A DNA stretch of 64,000 bases from Perna viridis. Taxonomy: Eukaryota. The stretch is from NCBI GenBank assembly GCA_037379345.1, contig CM074517.1:31496001-31560000 (forward strand), read 5' to 3'. This document shows positions 1-13,007 of this stretch, one piece after another. Made by a program: the position numbers and the translations under genes. Positions within the stretch are counted from its first letter, which is position 1. Every line of letters starts with the position of its first letter. The notes under the pieces were generated by a model that worked only from the letters and a program-made list of their open reading frames with translations, ran no database searches and was not told the origin of the DNA.

Positions 1-2114
1 ATACGATACCACTGAAACAATCAAATATCCTTTAAATGAAATAAACTTCTATTACAAAATTCAACTGATCTACAAGAATGCCCAACTATATATACAAAAG
101 TTAATTTTTTTAAGCACACTGCCCTATTGCCAAAATGAAGTTTGCTTATAACTTGAGAGATAGAAGACGCTTATTAAACGACCTCATTGTATCTCATAAA
201 TTGGCAATAAATTTCACTATTACAAAAAGCTTAAAACAAAGAAACGATTGTCTTTTATCGCCACTTTTTTATCCTTTGGACAAGTGTAGCTTCTTTGGGC
301 CAAATAAATTAATATTTTATCATTAACCCCTTAACGATATCCCTGTTTTTGATGTGACATTTTCTATCAATTTGACAAAGAAATTCATCACATAAACTTA
401 ATTTTATATCATCTTGTATAATTAGGCAATTTGATCAATTACTCATCTTGTGTACCTCCTGTTAGTCAGAGGTACACGCCAGGTGCGAAAAAATGTTGGA
501 ATCTCCTTCCCTCTCTTTCAGTGTTATTGCTGCAATAACAAATTCAGTGCTTCTTTAGTTCAACCCACAAAGTTATTGGTTGTATATGTTCGTATATCCG
601 GTTATCCGTTCATCTGTCAAATTCATGTTTTGATTTACCATTTTTTCCCTTCAATTATACATTACATAATAAGTTACACCATGAATTATAAAGGATAAAA
701 AATGGAAGTGCGGTTTAATCATTCTAGTCGAATATGACCAGCCATGCACAAGTGGGTGAGACGCATTTTGACGAAATCAATTGTATCAGTATTTAATAAC
801 ACTATGGGAGTAGCAAGTGTTGTGGTAGGACTGCAAACCCTCTTTGACAGAAGTTAAAAGTTTTGAAAGAGGTTTGGTGATACATTTTACAGATCCACCT
901 ATGTAACGTTGTTTGTATGGATTCTTGTGGAGTTTAGGAATCCAGTACATAGACAGTCATCGTCCTTGGTAGAAAGACCAAAAGAGGATAGCAAAGATTT
1001 ATGGTTTGTGGTAGCAGTATAGGTCTTATCACTGCTATTATTTTCTACGTCTTATTGACATTTTCCTCAAATCTTTACCTTAAAGCAATTTGATTGGTCG
1101 AAATTCAGTATTCAAGTACATTCTGATGCTTAATGTCAAAACCTCTTGAAATATTAACAATCTGTAAGTTATTTGGTACGGTTTGATTTGTATCCAACCT
1201 AAAAAATGACATCAACGCCCGAGTCAGGGACGGCATTGCTTATATATTTTGGTCTTTCAAAGGGCAATTGATAATGACCTTCAAAACCAAAGCACTATTT
1301 TCGGGTTCGATCGATCACAACAAGGTTTTTGCTCCATATAAAACACACAAATGTTAGGACTATACATTAAATTGGTGAAATCTAGAGTATATGTAAACAA
1401 CCCTCGGTCAGTTTCTGTGAATTATGGACCTTTTACGGCGTAATAAAAACTATTTGTTCTTTAAACGATGTAGATTATAATACATCATCTCTGTAAAGAT
1501 GAGAAGACTGTCTTTGGTCATTTCTCCGTATCTACTTGTCATTTTTATTAATTTTGTTGTTTCAAACAACCATAACGTCCTAGCGCTAACTTCTTTTCTT
1601 GGGAATAGTCGTTAAACTAATAGCCGTAAGAGGTCAGCGCATCATTTCCTGTCATCACGTTACGATTCAAGTTGTCCATTTTATGTTGTGTTTATGTGTG
1701 TAGTTTTTCTGTGTGGTGGATTGATGGTTTTTGCTTCAATTATTTCAATTATGACTACGTTACTATTCATTTTCCGCCATATGATGTGTATTTAGTAAAA
1801 TGGTGTTCGCATAACAATAAAAATTTATATACATTATATAAGATGGATTGGACAATAAAAATGTCCCGTGTTAAATTCGTAACATCGGTTTTATTTATCG
1901 TTAAACTTTCCCTTGACTTCAACGATTGACAACACACGGTTGGCAACTGAGTCTAGGAATCTTACTCAGTTTGAAACACCCGCTACGACTCTGCGGACAG
2001 TAGATTATTTGTCTGATTGAATTAACAATTAATTAGAGTGCAACAAACTTTTAAGGAATAATATATACAGGAAACCGTACTACACTATTCGAAAGTTGCG
2101 CTTAATTCCTTTAA

Positions 2115-2629
2115 GACCCGTGCAGGTCCGGGTGTCAAAAGAATAGGCCTGTTGCAGCGCTAAGCTTGTCGTAAAAGGCGACTAGTTAGTGCTCAGAACT
2201 CTTGCCGGGGGCTAGGGCGCTCTGCCCACAGAGCAACTGGGCTGTGTGCCCCAGGTGGTGGAATGGGGTACCCCTGGCGTGTTAAATGCTGGGGTTGTCA
2301 GGCTATAATACGGAAAACCTGACCTCAAACCATAGTGGTGCACCGTGTTGGGAAAGATGCCACGTTCCTCGCACGTTAAAAACCCTACTGTGGTATTCTC
2401 CCGGCGTTGGAACCATAGGGCTCCGCCACAGGAGGCTAAATTGCCCGACCCTACCCACCTCTCCCTATTTCCAGTGGCAATCAAGAATTTCTCGACCCCA
2501 TTATCCTTGTACCCCATCCCATTTTTCATTTCATCATCATTTCATGTTCATTTTATCATCCACTTCATGTTCATCGCCTGAATATAGCTGCTCGGGCGTT
2601 AAACCCCAACAAACAAACAAACAAATTAT
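2115..2629 (+). mobile_element. Full-length SINE-like non-autonomous retroelement with non-tRNA head, Deu/Nin-like middle and (CAAA)n tail
   Basis: GC-rich ~515-bp island flanked by an 11-bp TSD TTCCTTTAAGA (2106-2116 and 2630-2640). The 3' end CATCGCCTGAATATAGCTG..CTCGGGCGTTAAACCCCAA(CAAA)n recurs at 36305-36367. The middle CCGTGT..GCACGTTAAAAACCC resembles Deu/Nin SINE cores (from recall). Confidence 0.8.
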
Positions 2630-5409
2630 TTCCTTTAAGAATGGATGTTTCACTGCTAAACAGAGGTAGTACTGATCTAACGTACGAATTAAATATACTT
2701 TTTTTTATAATGTATTCATATTTATTAATTGATCAAAAAGATTTCTGATCAAATACATGTATTATGGATGTAAAATCAGTGTCGCACAACAGTGCATCCT
2801 TCGTCCACTTCATGTTTCTCTCCAGATTTGTACAATAATGAGTCATATATATTCTGAAACTTTTTTTTGTTTTTGTTTTGTTTTGTTTTAGTTTTTTTAT
2901 ATTATTCTTGGGAGAAGACTTCATACGTTGGTAAAACTTGTGTTCTATTCCTTTTGTGAAGTTAACAAATAAAATCGTTGTAAACTAAACTGGAATGCTT
3001 CGATATCGACCTCGAACGAGTTTTGAAAGATTTGACTCCATAACACAGTGGTTAAACATGCAAAACCTGCAGAATAAACTATAGTATTATCTTCTAAATG
3101 GTTTTCTTAACTAAAGGGATGACCATTTGTTGGAGTGTTGTTGCAGTTTTTAGCAAATAAACAATTTTAATATCACTTTGAAAAGTAAGGAATGACAATT
3201 TGTCTACTCGTTCACACTTCTACGTCCACGTCCCGGACCGTGTCAGGGGTATTCAAACTTCGCTGTACTTTTATTAATTCTATGACTGATGAAGACTTGT
3301 ACAATCCTCATCATGGCTTGTCCTTGTCAGACGGGCAAGGGTCAAACTTCCCCGGACATTAATCGTGTAGGCCTGACCGCGTCATTAGCACATAATGATT
3401 TAAAACAAAGATAAAATAACGAGAATTCTTGTGGTGGATTATTTATATTCTGGCTTAAGATAGAGGACACAAACAATAATGAAAATAAATGATATTTATC
3501 ACAAGATGTCGTTTTCTCGTGTATATTTCTCGTACCCTATATGTTTTGGGAGCGTATTTTTGACAGGATGTCATGTTTTTGATAAAGGGTTCATTTTTCT
3601 GTCAAAACGAACAGCACTTGTTGATTTTAGGAACTTGTGACTTTTATATTTTTGTATCAAATGATCTTTTTGGAGTTTTTTTGTCCGTATCGAAGTGACC
3701 ACTTGCGTGTGTGGTCCTTCAGCTCCAATTTTGATTTGACTTGAAGTACACTTTCGCGAGATAACGTTTCCCCAATTGCTCTAGCCACTGCTAGAGTTAA
3801 TTGCTAACTGTTATACTTACTTTTTATTCTTGACTTGGGTATTTAAAAACGGTTTTGACTTTTTTTTCATGTATTAATGATTTCTTATTTTGTCGTTCGA
3901 TAAATGTTTTTCTTCCCTTGGCTGATGATTATCGCGGTTTTAATAAATGAATATATTCACGGATATGAATTTAATTGTATTGAGAAAAAAAATTATTATT
4001 ATTATTTCGTATTGTAAAATAAAAGTTTCGGGATAAATATTGAATTACATCGATTGTAGATTTGTGCTAAGACACATGTTATGATCAATGATCCAAATAG
4101 TAGTCTTCCAAAAAAGTGGCTTCGTTTTCAAGAAGTTATATATGAACCATCGATTTTATTCATTTAAATTGAACATGTTATATGAATTGAGTTTCGAAGC
4201 AAGCCAATGTAAAGGGATCTTCAAAAAACTATGCCCACTTTGACTGAAAGCGCTGTAAACACTGGATTTATTACATAACCGTCTTTTTACCATTTTTGAA
4301 ATTTCAGTTACAGGGGAATAGACCTGTTTATATAATTGTAAAATTGTAGTTATTTGCTAGCAGTTACAAGCCAGTGTGAAAAGTGTACTTTGTAAAACAA
4401 ATACCAAAGAAGATAAAAGTTTTTTTTTCATGGAAATTTCATGGGCCATTGTGACTTAATTAAACGTTAATCAAAACTTTTTTGGGGCTCATTTTCAAGG
4501 ACATAATTATCTTAGACTATGAGAAATATCATAATAAACAATTTCAATATACATTCAGATTTACGATAATTTTAGGGCCAAATACCACCATTATCATCTA
4601 TGGTTCTTTGTGGAATAGAATAAAGTAGAATCAAAATTTGAATATTGTAGACTATATACATTCATGCATGTGGTTCCACAAAATAGAGATTTTAGTGGAT
4701 TGTTTGATCAGAATGCAGGACTTCGTCCCATATAATTTCTAACTAATTAAGCAGATTATCCTCTAAATAGAAAGCATTTTAGCGCCTGCAAATCAAATAA
4801 TGATCTAAGAAAAATATGTGATAGTTCATGAAAAACATTGACCATACGTTTAAGATATTTGAAGACAAATTAATTATGTCTGGAATATTGTAGTTATTTT
4901 GTAATGCAATGTCGTACAAATTAAGTATTAAAGCGTATCTGATACAATCTGTTGTTTTTCTTTGATCCATCATGTAAGGCGTTAATTATCTATAATTAAG
5001 ACAACATCTTATCACTTTAAATTATCCGTAGGAAATTTTCCAGTTTTACGACAATGCCCGCCGGAAGGAACGAATTACGGAAATCATGATTGTTAAACCG
5101 AGTGTGAGAAAGTATTATTTACATCTCCTACTGAATTGTAAGATATTTTGTAATTTTAACATTTCCTGAAAATGTGCTTTGACTTGCCTTGAGAGTTCAA
5201 ATTTACTTTAATTTATTACAATTTTGCAATTAAGTATAATTTTTATATGCAAGATTACTGAGTTGTTTTTGGTGTGTAGTCGTCATACGATTGTTTGTGC
5301 ACTGTGTATGTTTTTTTTTTCTTTGAATTGTATCTTTTTGGGGGCTATTACTTGTTAGTTTCAATAAATGTTCAATGTTCGCCCTTTTTCACAAAATAGT
5401 TTTATTTTA

Positions 5410-5685
5410 TAGCTGGTCGAGTGGTCTATGGCGCTGGACTTTGTCAGATGGTGTTGCCATAGGTGTCACAGCGGTACGAGTAGCTCACGTTATCTTCCCT
5501 GTATCAATTTGATCCGATGGGGCAGTGTAGCGAATAGAGTCGTCACATTATGAGTCGTATACCTGAAAGATGTTAGAACTCAAATTTGCAAAGCAAATGA
5601 ATTTTTCAGACCCTTCTATACTTACATTATCTTCCCTGTATCAATTAAATTGATCCGATGGCGCAGCGTTGCGAATATATAGTCT
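5410..5685 (+). mobile_element. Rearranged copy of the tRNA-cassette direct-repeat element
   Basis: tRNA-like head 5410-5481 matches 15112-15183. The tail CGTTATCTTCCCTGTATCAATTTGATCCGATG occurs twice (about 5488 and 5625). 5569-5599 is the reverse complement of 15210-15242. Confidence 0.8.
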
Positions 5686-6863
5686 ACAGTTATACAAAAA
5701 CATGTAGATATACGAGTCTTGGCCAACATGAACCTTATTTTTTTCAAATGTTAAGTACAGCTCTGCCAGGCAAACGCTTATGATAAGTGATTCATGCACA
5801 TCTTATTCCCAAATACTATTTGATTGGTTTTCATAGAAACTGTATTTGACAATAGGAGCACAAATAAAAGTTGGTTACCGGAGGAATTAAGACTTGAAGT
5901 TTTGTTACGTTCTATTATAAAAAAAAAAGGAAATTCCCTCAGGATTTTTACATTTAAACCAGTCAAAATTATTTCGCGATGTATAAAAGATCCAAGAAAA
6001 TGTACGGAGTGAAAGTTTTTTCAAGATGCACCAAATGTGTTGAACAGTTGAGATATGATGACCCCACCCCGCTCCATCCCAACTGTCTGATTGTTAGACA
6101 GACCCATGCTTAATGATTTTCAAAAGATACCATTGGAAATATGAGGCAAGAGCTTTTTATCTGGGTTTAATCAGCTGATATTTTGTAAGGCGGTTATTGT
6201 TGTCGTAAAACAGAACGGATTAAAAGTCAAACGGAACTACTTGTGTAATAGCACTAAAAACCAGAAGTAATATGACCTACTATATAATGCTTTTACGACA
6301 TTAAAGTACCGAAATGATATAAAATTGCTTTATCTGCTCGAAAAGGTGTTACTATGATTGGATAAAATCGCAAAATAAAATTTTACGAGTTTTAAAATAA
6401 AACTTAACAATAACAACAACGAAATGTAAATAGTCTATTTTTCAGTAATGATAGTTAGTTTCTTTATTATCGCCCTGTGGAAATTGTAATAATTGAAAGG
6501 CCATGAACATCACATTCACGCAATTTGATTACATCTTTTCTCGCCTTCTTTTTAAAGATGCCGCGTTAGAGACCCCAATGACGGGAGACAACTTGGGGCA
6601 ATGATCGTTCTCTTTAAAGAACTGATGATAACTTACCATGATAAAACATGTATTTAATTCTATAAATTAAACAAATATTTTGATTACCTATGTTATTTAA
6701 CGGGACTCACCAACCATGACTGTTGTCCAGTTGCACAGAACGCTACTTTGTCTATTTCAAATAAGTACATATAAAGAATGAGCTTCAGCGAAAGAAAATT
6801 TTTGAGAGTTACACCAGGACTGTTTGTTCGAAATGAAAAGACTAAACTACATAAACACATGGC

Positions 6864-6993
6864 TAGCGCTGATCCAGAATTATTTTAAAGGGGGTTCAAT
6901 GTTGTTATTTGCTCATTTTACCAAGCTTTTGCACAAATATTTTTTCCCGAAAGTAAATGAGATCATCCGGGGTCGAACCTGGATCCGCCACTG
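6864..6993. mobile_element. Short MITE of the GGCGGATCCAG...CTGGATCCGCC family
   Basis: Degenerate TIRs GCGCTGATCCAG / CTGGATCCGCCACTG. Related ends at 23670-23812, 36648-36825, 45743-45890 and 51004-51153. Confidence 0.6.
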
Positions 6994-8159
6994 GCATGAA
7001 CCTTTAAAGACTTTCTCCAAGTAAATCTACTTGGCAACCATCATCGAACACTGAATTCCTCTCATGATTTGGATTGAATAAAGTATAAGACCGAAGAAAT
7101 GTAAAAAGAACGGGGGAAAGCCTTAGTAAAAAAGGAGTGGATTCAAATAAGTCAGTACTTTTTTATTTTGTAATTTCTGCGCTGGACTTTTAATTTGTCT
7201 CTCTCTATCACGCGCACTTATCTTACTACTATACTATACTACTATATACTGGGTAATATTATGCAAAGAACGCGAATAATATTAAAGACGAATGCTCTCT
7301 CACTTTCCCTGATTTTGATCTTATTTTTATTGTTTTATAATCCACATGAGAAATTATTGCATTGTTATTACATATTATGATACCAATAAAGTGTTTCATT
7401 TACAAAGTGTTAATTAGAAATATAAATATATGATGTTTATCTCCCCTTCTGAGAATCATTTAATAAGAAAATGATAGGGTTACCCTCTTTTCCTAATTAT
7501 ATAGATTTGAAAGCTTTGAATAATTTAGAGATTAAGACCAAGTTGGAGTATTGTACGTGTCTGAAAAGTATGACCATTGCAACTGTTTCTACTAAGCTGG
7601 TTTATGTCATTGTGTTTCAAAAATTTCCATATTATCAGTCACAAGAAGCTATGAAATAAGAGAAGATGCGACTTAAACAACTGAACGACTTAAAACTCGT
7701 TTTTCTTCACACGGGTACCGGTAAGGAATGTGGCCTGATTCAGGTGGTGGTTGGAAAAGGGGTTCCGATCCGGAAATTTATTTTAAAAAGGGGAGTCCTG
7801 TTTATAATGTGCTAATTTTTATCATAGTTTTGCATTACTCTACAAAATTTGTCAATCAAGAGGTTAAGTGGGGGTTTGATTTGTCAATTTATTTGAATTT
7901 TCTCATCCTTTTTGTGCCCAATATATCAGCAGATATGGTGTTATACAGTAGCAGGGACCCTCATCTCTTAATTTATTCCTTTTTAAATTTTTGAAGAAAA
8001 CATTTATAATTGGTTATAACAGAATCATCGAACTGATAAATTCTAGACAAAAGCAAAAACCAATAGTCAAAAAGGAAAGTCCGTACATAGATGTGTATAT
8101 GGTCCGTATAACAAATGGCAATGTCTAGGGAAAACCGGAAAGTTCGAAACCACCGTAAT

Positions 8160-8220
8160 TGGTACAGGTATTTCCGGTAAAAACGGTGGGTTAAACCTGG
8201 TTTTATAGGCTAAAAACCAC
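8160..8220 (-). mobile_element. LINE/SINE 3'-tail fragment (CR1/L2-type by recall)
   Basis: GTACAGGTATTTC..GGTGGGTTAAACCTGGTTTTATAG is the reverse complement of the related segment at 59905-59980. Confidence 0.45.
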
Positions 8221-11200
8221 TAATTCCACTTTCCATAGGCTTCTATGCTAATTTCACAATATTCAATGGCTTCTCTGGACTTTACCTTAACTTTAACCTG
8301 CAGAGGACTATATATCAGCATGATTCTACATATGTCAGCTCACAATCCTCAGAATGGCATGTGGGGTTAGCAGACTTGCAGTGCAGTACTGGTCACCGGA
8401 AGTGAAGGGTCTATAAATAGCATGGGAAATCCCAGTGTTTTCACAAGATAGGGGTATATTTAAAAATCATTATGGAGATTAGGCTTCACATCACAAGAAG
8501 CAAAATGCACCTATAAAATGTACAGAAATGTTTTTCCTTTCAGAAACTGTTTAAATTTTTTAAATAAGATGAGAACTTTTTTCACAGCACTATGAGGAAC
8601 AGGGGTAATTTCTGCGTAGGACTATTTTTGCGTACGTTCCAAATGCTCATTGGTTGAATTGGTGGTCTGTAACCTATAGCGCATTTGATTGTATAAACGT
8701 TCGTTTATGCACATGGGCTTGTTCTCACTAACAAATATGCAGCCCCGCCAGTATAGGTTATATTCTAATGGGACTGCAATTTGATAGTGGGAGCAAGCCT
8801 CTGTGGTTTATGCAATATTTAAAAGTACTGCATCGTTTTTTACAATTGTGAAACAAAGAAGACCCATTTAGGTAAGAAAAAAATGGCGGGAAAAAGAAGA
8901 AGACAGTGGTCAGTTAATTGTTTTATCGCATTTACATTACTTATCGAAAGTTATTAAATCATGGCCAAACATTATGGCAATGATAGTCTGTCCGCCATGT
9001 TTTATTGCTGTCTTTCACACCATGCTGTCCGTTTCAGGTAATATAAATATATCAATTTTAGATATTTACACTTCTTATTAGTTTAAACAATATAAATACC
9101 CTTAATATACCATGTCTGGCGTCATCATATGCCATCATTAGTCTATAATTTCCCCACAGGACTTTATAACCTAGCAATTCTAACCCCAGACCACTTAGAC
9201 CTAGATAATTTGCATAATGTAAATTAACACCTATACCTGAAGATATTTACTTTCAGACAGGTAGCCAATGTCACCCACGTTCATGTTAATTAGGTAACTA
9301 CTTCATTACGTCTATGGCATATGTCATTAGATTCTGGGCCATCTACGATTGTAACAATGTATTTTTCCCTCGATCCATCCGTTAGCTTCTGAAAAGGCAA
9401 AATACACAAAGAAGTTACAAGGGTCTAATTTTCGGACCATTCCATGTATTATATAACATGTAGTCAATTATATAATGTTCATCTTTAGAAATTAAATACT
9501 AAACACACTTGTCTGTCAGTCTGTTTGTCAAAATAAATTGATTGGAAGTACCTATATATCTTTGGTATTAAAACTGCCACTTTTTTATTTATAGACCCGG
9601 GGATTTTTAAGAAACACGACTGCATGCTTCCCGTTTGTGAATAATATCAAAACACACACATTTAAAACAAGTACACTTTGATATTCAGCTACCATAGGGC
9701 CTTTTGTATCCGAAATGATATTTTATTTTTCTGTGGTGACTTAATTTCGAATTGGTATATTTCCAGCTTAGCTTTAGCGAGATGTGTTTTTCCGGTCAAC
9801 TCTTTTCTCCAACCTTGAATTGCTTGATTTCTTCTTGGTTATCGAATACGAACGTAAAAAGAAGGAATATCTTAAAATTATACATAGGATGATACATACA
9901 TGATGAAAATTTTTGGGGGAAGTTGGATATGAACATCTGTACACATTAAATGGACCTTTGGGCACAGCTAAGTTAAATACGTCTAGTAACTGCTTTAAAA
10001 TAAACATGATACAGCAAACTTCGAAATGTAAAACCGATTCGATAGGTTTGTGTACAAAAAAGTGAGTGTTTATTAAAATGCATATATTTTCGTAAAAAAA
10101 ACCTTTTATATCAACATGATCATACGAAAGACGCTGCTGTGCTATATAATAAAGTCGGTATGCTGCAGAAATCAGAATGTAAACTATAACGGCGTTTAAA
10201 TGTCGAATTTAAGTTATTTCAATGGGCTCTATCGTGATGTCCTAATTTCTGTCTTTGTTTTGTTTGGTTTTTTTTGTGCTTAAATGTCTTTCTACTGCGC
10301 CCAAAATTATCACACGCATATTTTTTTTTAATGACAACAAGTGTCAATTGATTGCGATGCTGCGTTGAAACAATGATCTATGAGTGACAAAGAAAGACAA
10401 TATGCACAAACGACCAAAATATACTGTTAACAGCGTATTCAGTATCCAGTATGAAACTCACACACTAAAGCTTACATCTAACAGTATGAAATAAATATTA
10501 CAGTGGGAAAGCTGATGGTCGTAACCGAAAGTAACCATTTAATCATGGCGGGCGCTTCTGTCGGTTAGTGATATTTCTTCATTTTCATGCATTTACCATC
10601 AAACTTTCTGTGAAATAATTGATTGAACCTTCGAATTCTGATCATCATTAACCGTAACACCGGAGTTTCGAAGTTGTACAAACCCACAGAAGTAGTAACT
10701 AAAAAATAAAATGGTCGTATTAAACACATTAAGAAATTGCTAAGTTATTTTAATTCACAACCATACAATAGTTTATATATCTGTAGACGCGTTTTGGAAT
10801 TTTGGACGTAACAGGCTTTTATCAACAAAATCTACTATTTTTTTCTCGAATATTTAATTACACTTTCCCTTGATAAAAACACCGAGGAAAAGAATATTTA
10901 AAAAATAAATCCAAAGTTGTTTTTTGTTGTTGTTGTTTTTGTTTTCTATTTGTTGAACTAAGAGACATACCGAACTTAGAACAGTGTGTTTTAAAATAGA
11001 AATAAAAAAAACAAAAAACAAAGGTCATGCATTTCTGAAAAAAAAAACATCTTCAGTCTCCGATCCATCACTAGATGGCGACTTGATTGACAGTTTATCA
11101 TGTGCCATTATTCTGTATAATTGTATCTTAATGTCCACTTTTAGGTCTACGTATCTTACATATGTCACTTATAATGAACACATTTATACAATTAATACAC

Positions 11201-12000
11201 CGTTTATTCATTTCAGCCTCTCCTTGTCACAAAGTTCTCGTAAAAACGTGGACTGTCCGAGATTTTATGGTGGTCATGTGACAGATTTATTTTTGTTTTT
11301 GTCACATTCGAGTGATCGTGTGATCGATCATTATTTACCATGAACTTCTGTTTTACTGACAAAATGTCACATAATTACAAAACTGAGTCTTGTACAAATC
11401 GTGTATTGAGTGGTAACCTACTTTATGATGTGTTATGGAAGACATAATGAACACGGACAACAGTTCTTCGTGTTTTTATTTCATTTTATTGATTATGGTA
11501 CTCAAGTTTATTTGCTGACTCCGGAATAAAGCTTTTTGCCTATACTTCAAGAAACAAGACGTGTGCTAACCTTTTTAAACATCATATTGAGCAGATATAT
11601 GCCGATGAATTCGAAAAAAATATCGTTCAAATGTATAAAGGTCAACCAAGCATCGATCCACTAACAAGAACATATGGTCAAATATTCCAAGTTTTAACGA
11701 ATAAAGAACGGGAACTAAGTAAAGTCTTGATAAAATAAAATATGAAATAGAACTTGTCAAATTTTCAATGAAAATCATTCTAATTTCAGATTAAAGTCAC
11801 TGCACTAAATGCTGAATATGTCTTTTGCAACTTGATTAAAAAAACTAAACAAAAAAAAAAAAAAAATGTTATATGCATTATATATGAAGGTGTTCACATC
11901 AATTGCTTTAATTAAATATAAACTTATAAAAGTATTATAATTTTACATCTAAGATAAACAGTTTTGACTTTATTGATTTCCAAAGTATATGTGTAGTATA

Positions 12001-12526
12001 TCGCAACTTTTCAACACCGCATCGATTCTAGAGTTGGAGTGTAGCTTTGACTTGATTATATATGTATACATGCATCCTTGTATTAACATACTATGTTGAT
12101 CCTCACCGTGCATGCTATGTATCTACATAGTAATGCACTAACAAGTAACATGGTAGCGTTGCCACATCCCATTAGACTTCTTATATGTATTATATACTTG
12201 GTGTGGCTGTATTTGTATAATGTTGCAGATCGTCTACTATCTAACCCGATACCACCAGAGGTTGCCCTATTCAGTTACATCATGTGCTAATGTTCGCGCT
12301 CTGAATTTACTTACGAGAAAGTATCACTCGGTTAACGAAAGCTGTATTTTTAAAGCCTAGTTGGCCGAGTGGTCTAGAGCGTTGGACATTGCAGGCGGTG
12401 TTGCTATAGATGTCAGAGAGAAGGGGTTCGAATCCCGCTGAGGGAGTAACTATATTTGCATCGCAAATTTGCAACCTTGCATCGGCTCTAGAGTTGGAGT
12501 CAAGCTTAGACTTCATTATATATATA
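12001..12526 (+). mobile_element. Direct-repeat element with internal tRNA-like Pol III cassette, TA-repeat associated (subfamily B)
   Basis: 60-bp direct repeats at 12001-12060 and 12461-12520 (49/60 identical), each running into TA repeats. A-box-like TGGCCGAGTGG at 12362 and B-box GGTTCGAATCC at 12425-12435. Confidence 0.8.
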
Positions 12527-12962
12527 ATATTTGTTTATTTCTAAAGTAAAGGTAAAATTATCGAATAATCTCTACACAAGATATTAATCTTCTGACTCTG
12601 GCATTGAAAAAAAAGAACGGATATTGGGAAACTCAACAAATGCACCAGCGTACAACCTTAATAGAGAATTTTAGATACTTTCAGAGAACACCAAAAAGTC
12701 TTCAAAGCTAGTGTAAACACACCTGTTGTTTGTTGAGGTATTTCATGAAGATAATTGAATGTATTATTGTACAAAATTTTTGATAAGTTTTGTTTTGCGT
12801 GTAACATTTGGCATTTTTCTCAAATATTTGTAATTGGAACTTGTCTTTTCTTAATGTTTGTTCTTTATCCATCAATAATTGTTATTATACATTTTTGTTT
12901 ATTTTTAAAGAGACAATGATAATTAATTCAAGATGAAATATATAAAATTTAGTATCAGTTTG

Positions 12963-13007
12963 ACCATGGAAGTATAATATCTAGTTTAGTCATTATAATT
13001 CCATGGT
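12963..13007. repeat. Short imperfect palindrome (mini foldback)
   Basis: ACCATGGAAGTATAAT...ATTATAATTCCATGGT inverted arms. Confidence 0.6.

Noticed and set aside
2212-2669. Three overlapping ORFs of 78-127 aa
   Set aside because: By-products of the GC-rich SINE with no domain signature.
12355-12445. Functional tRNA (Leu/Ser-like) genes here and at 15108-15200
   Set aside because: A and B boxes are present, but there is no clean acceptor or anticodon stem, and the sequences sit inside repeated elements.
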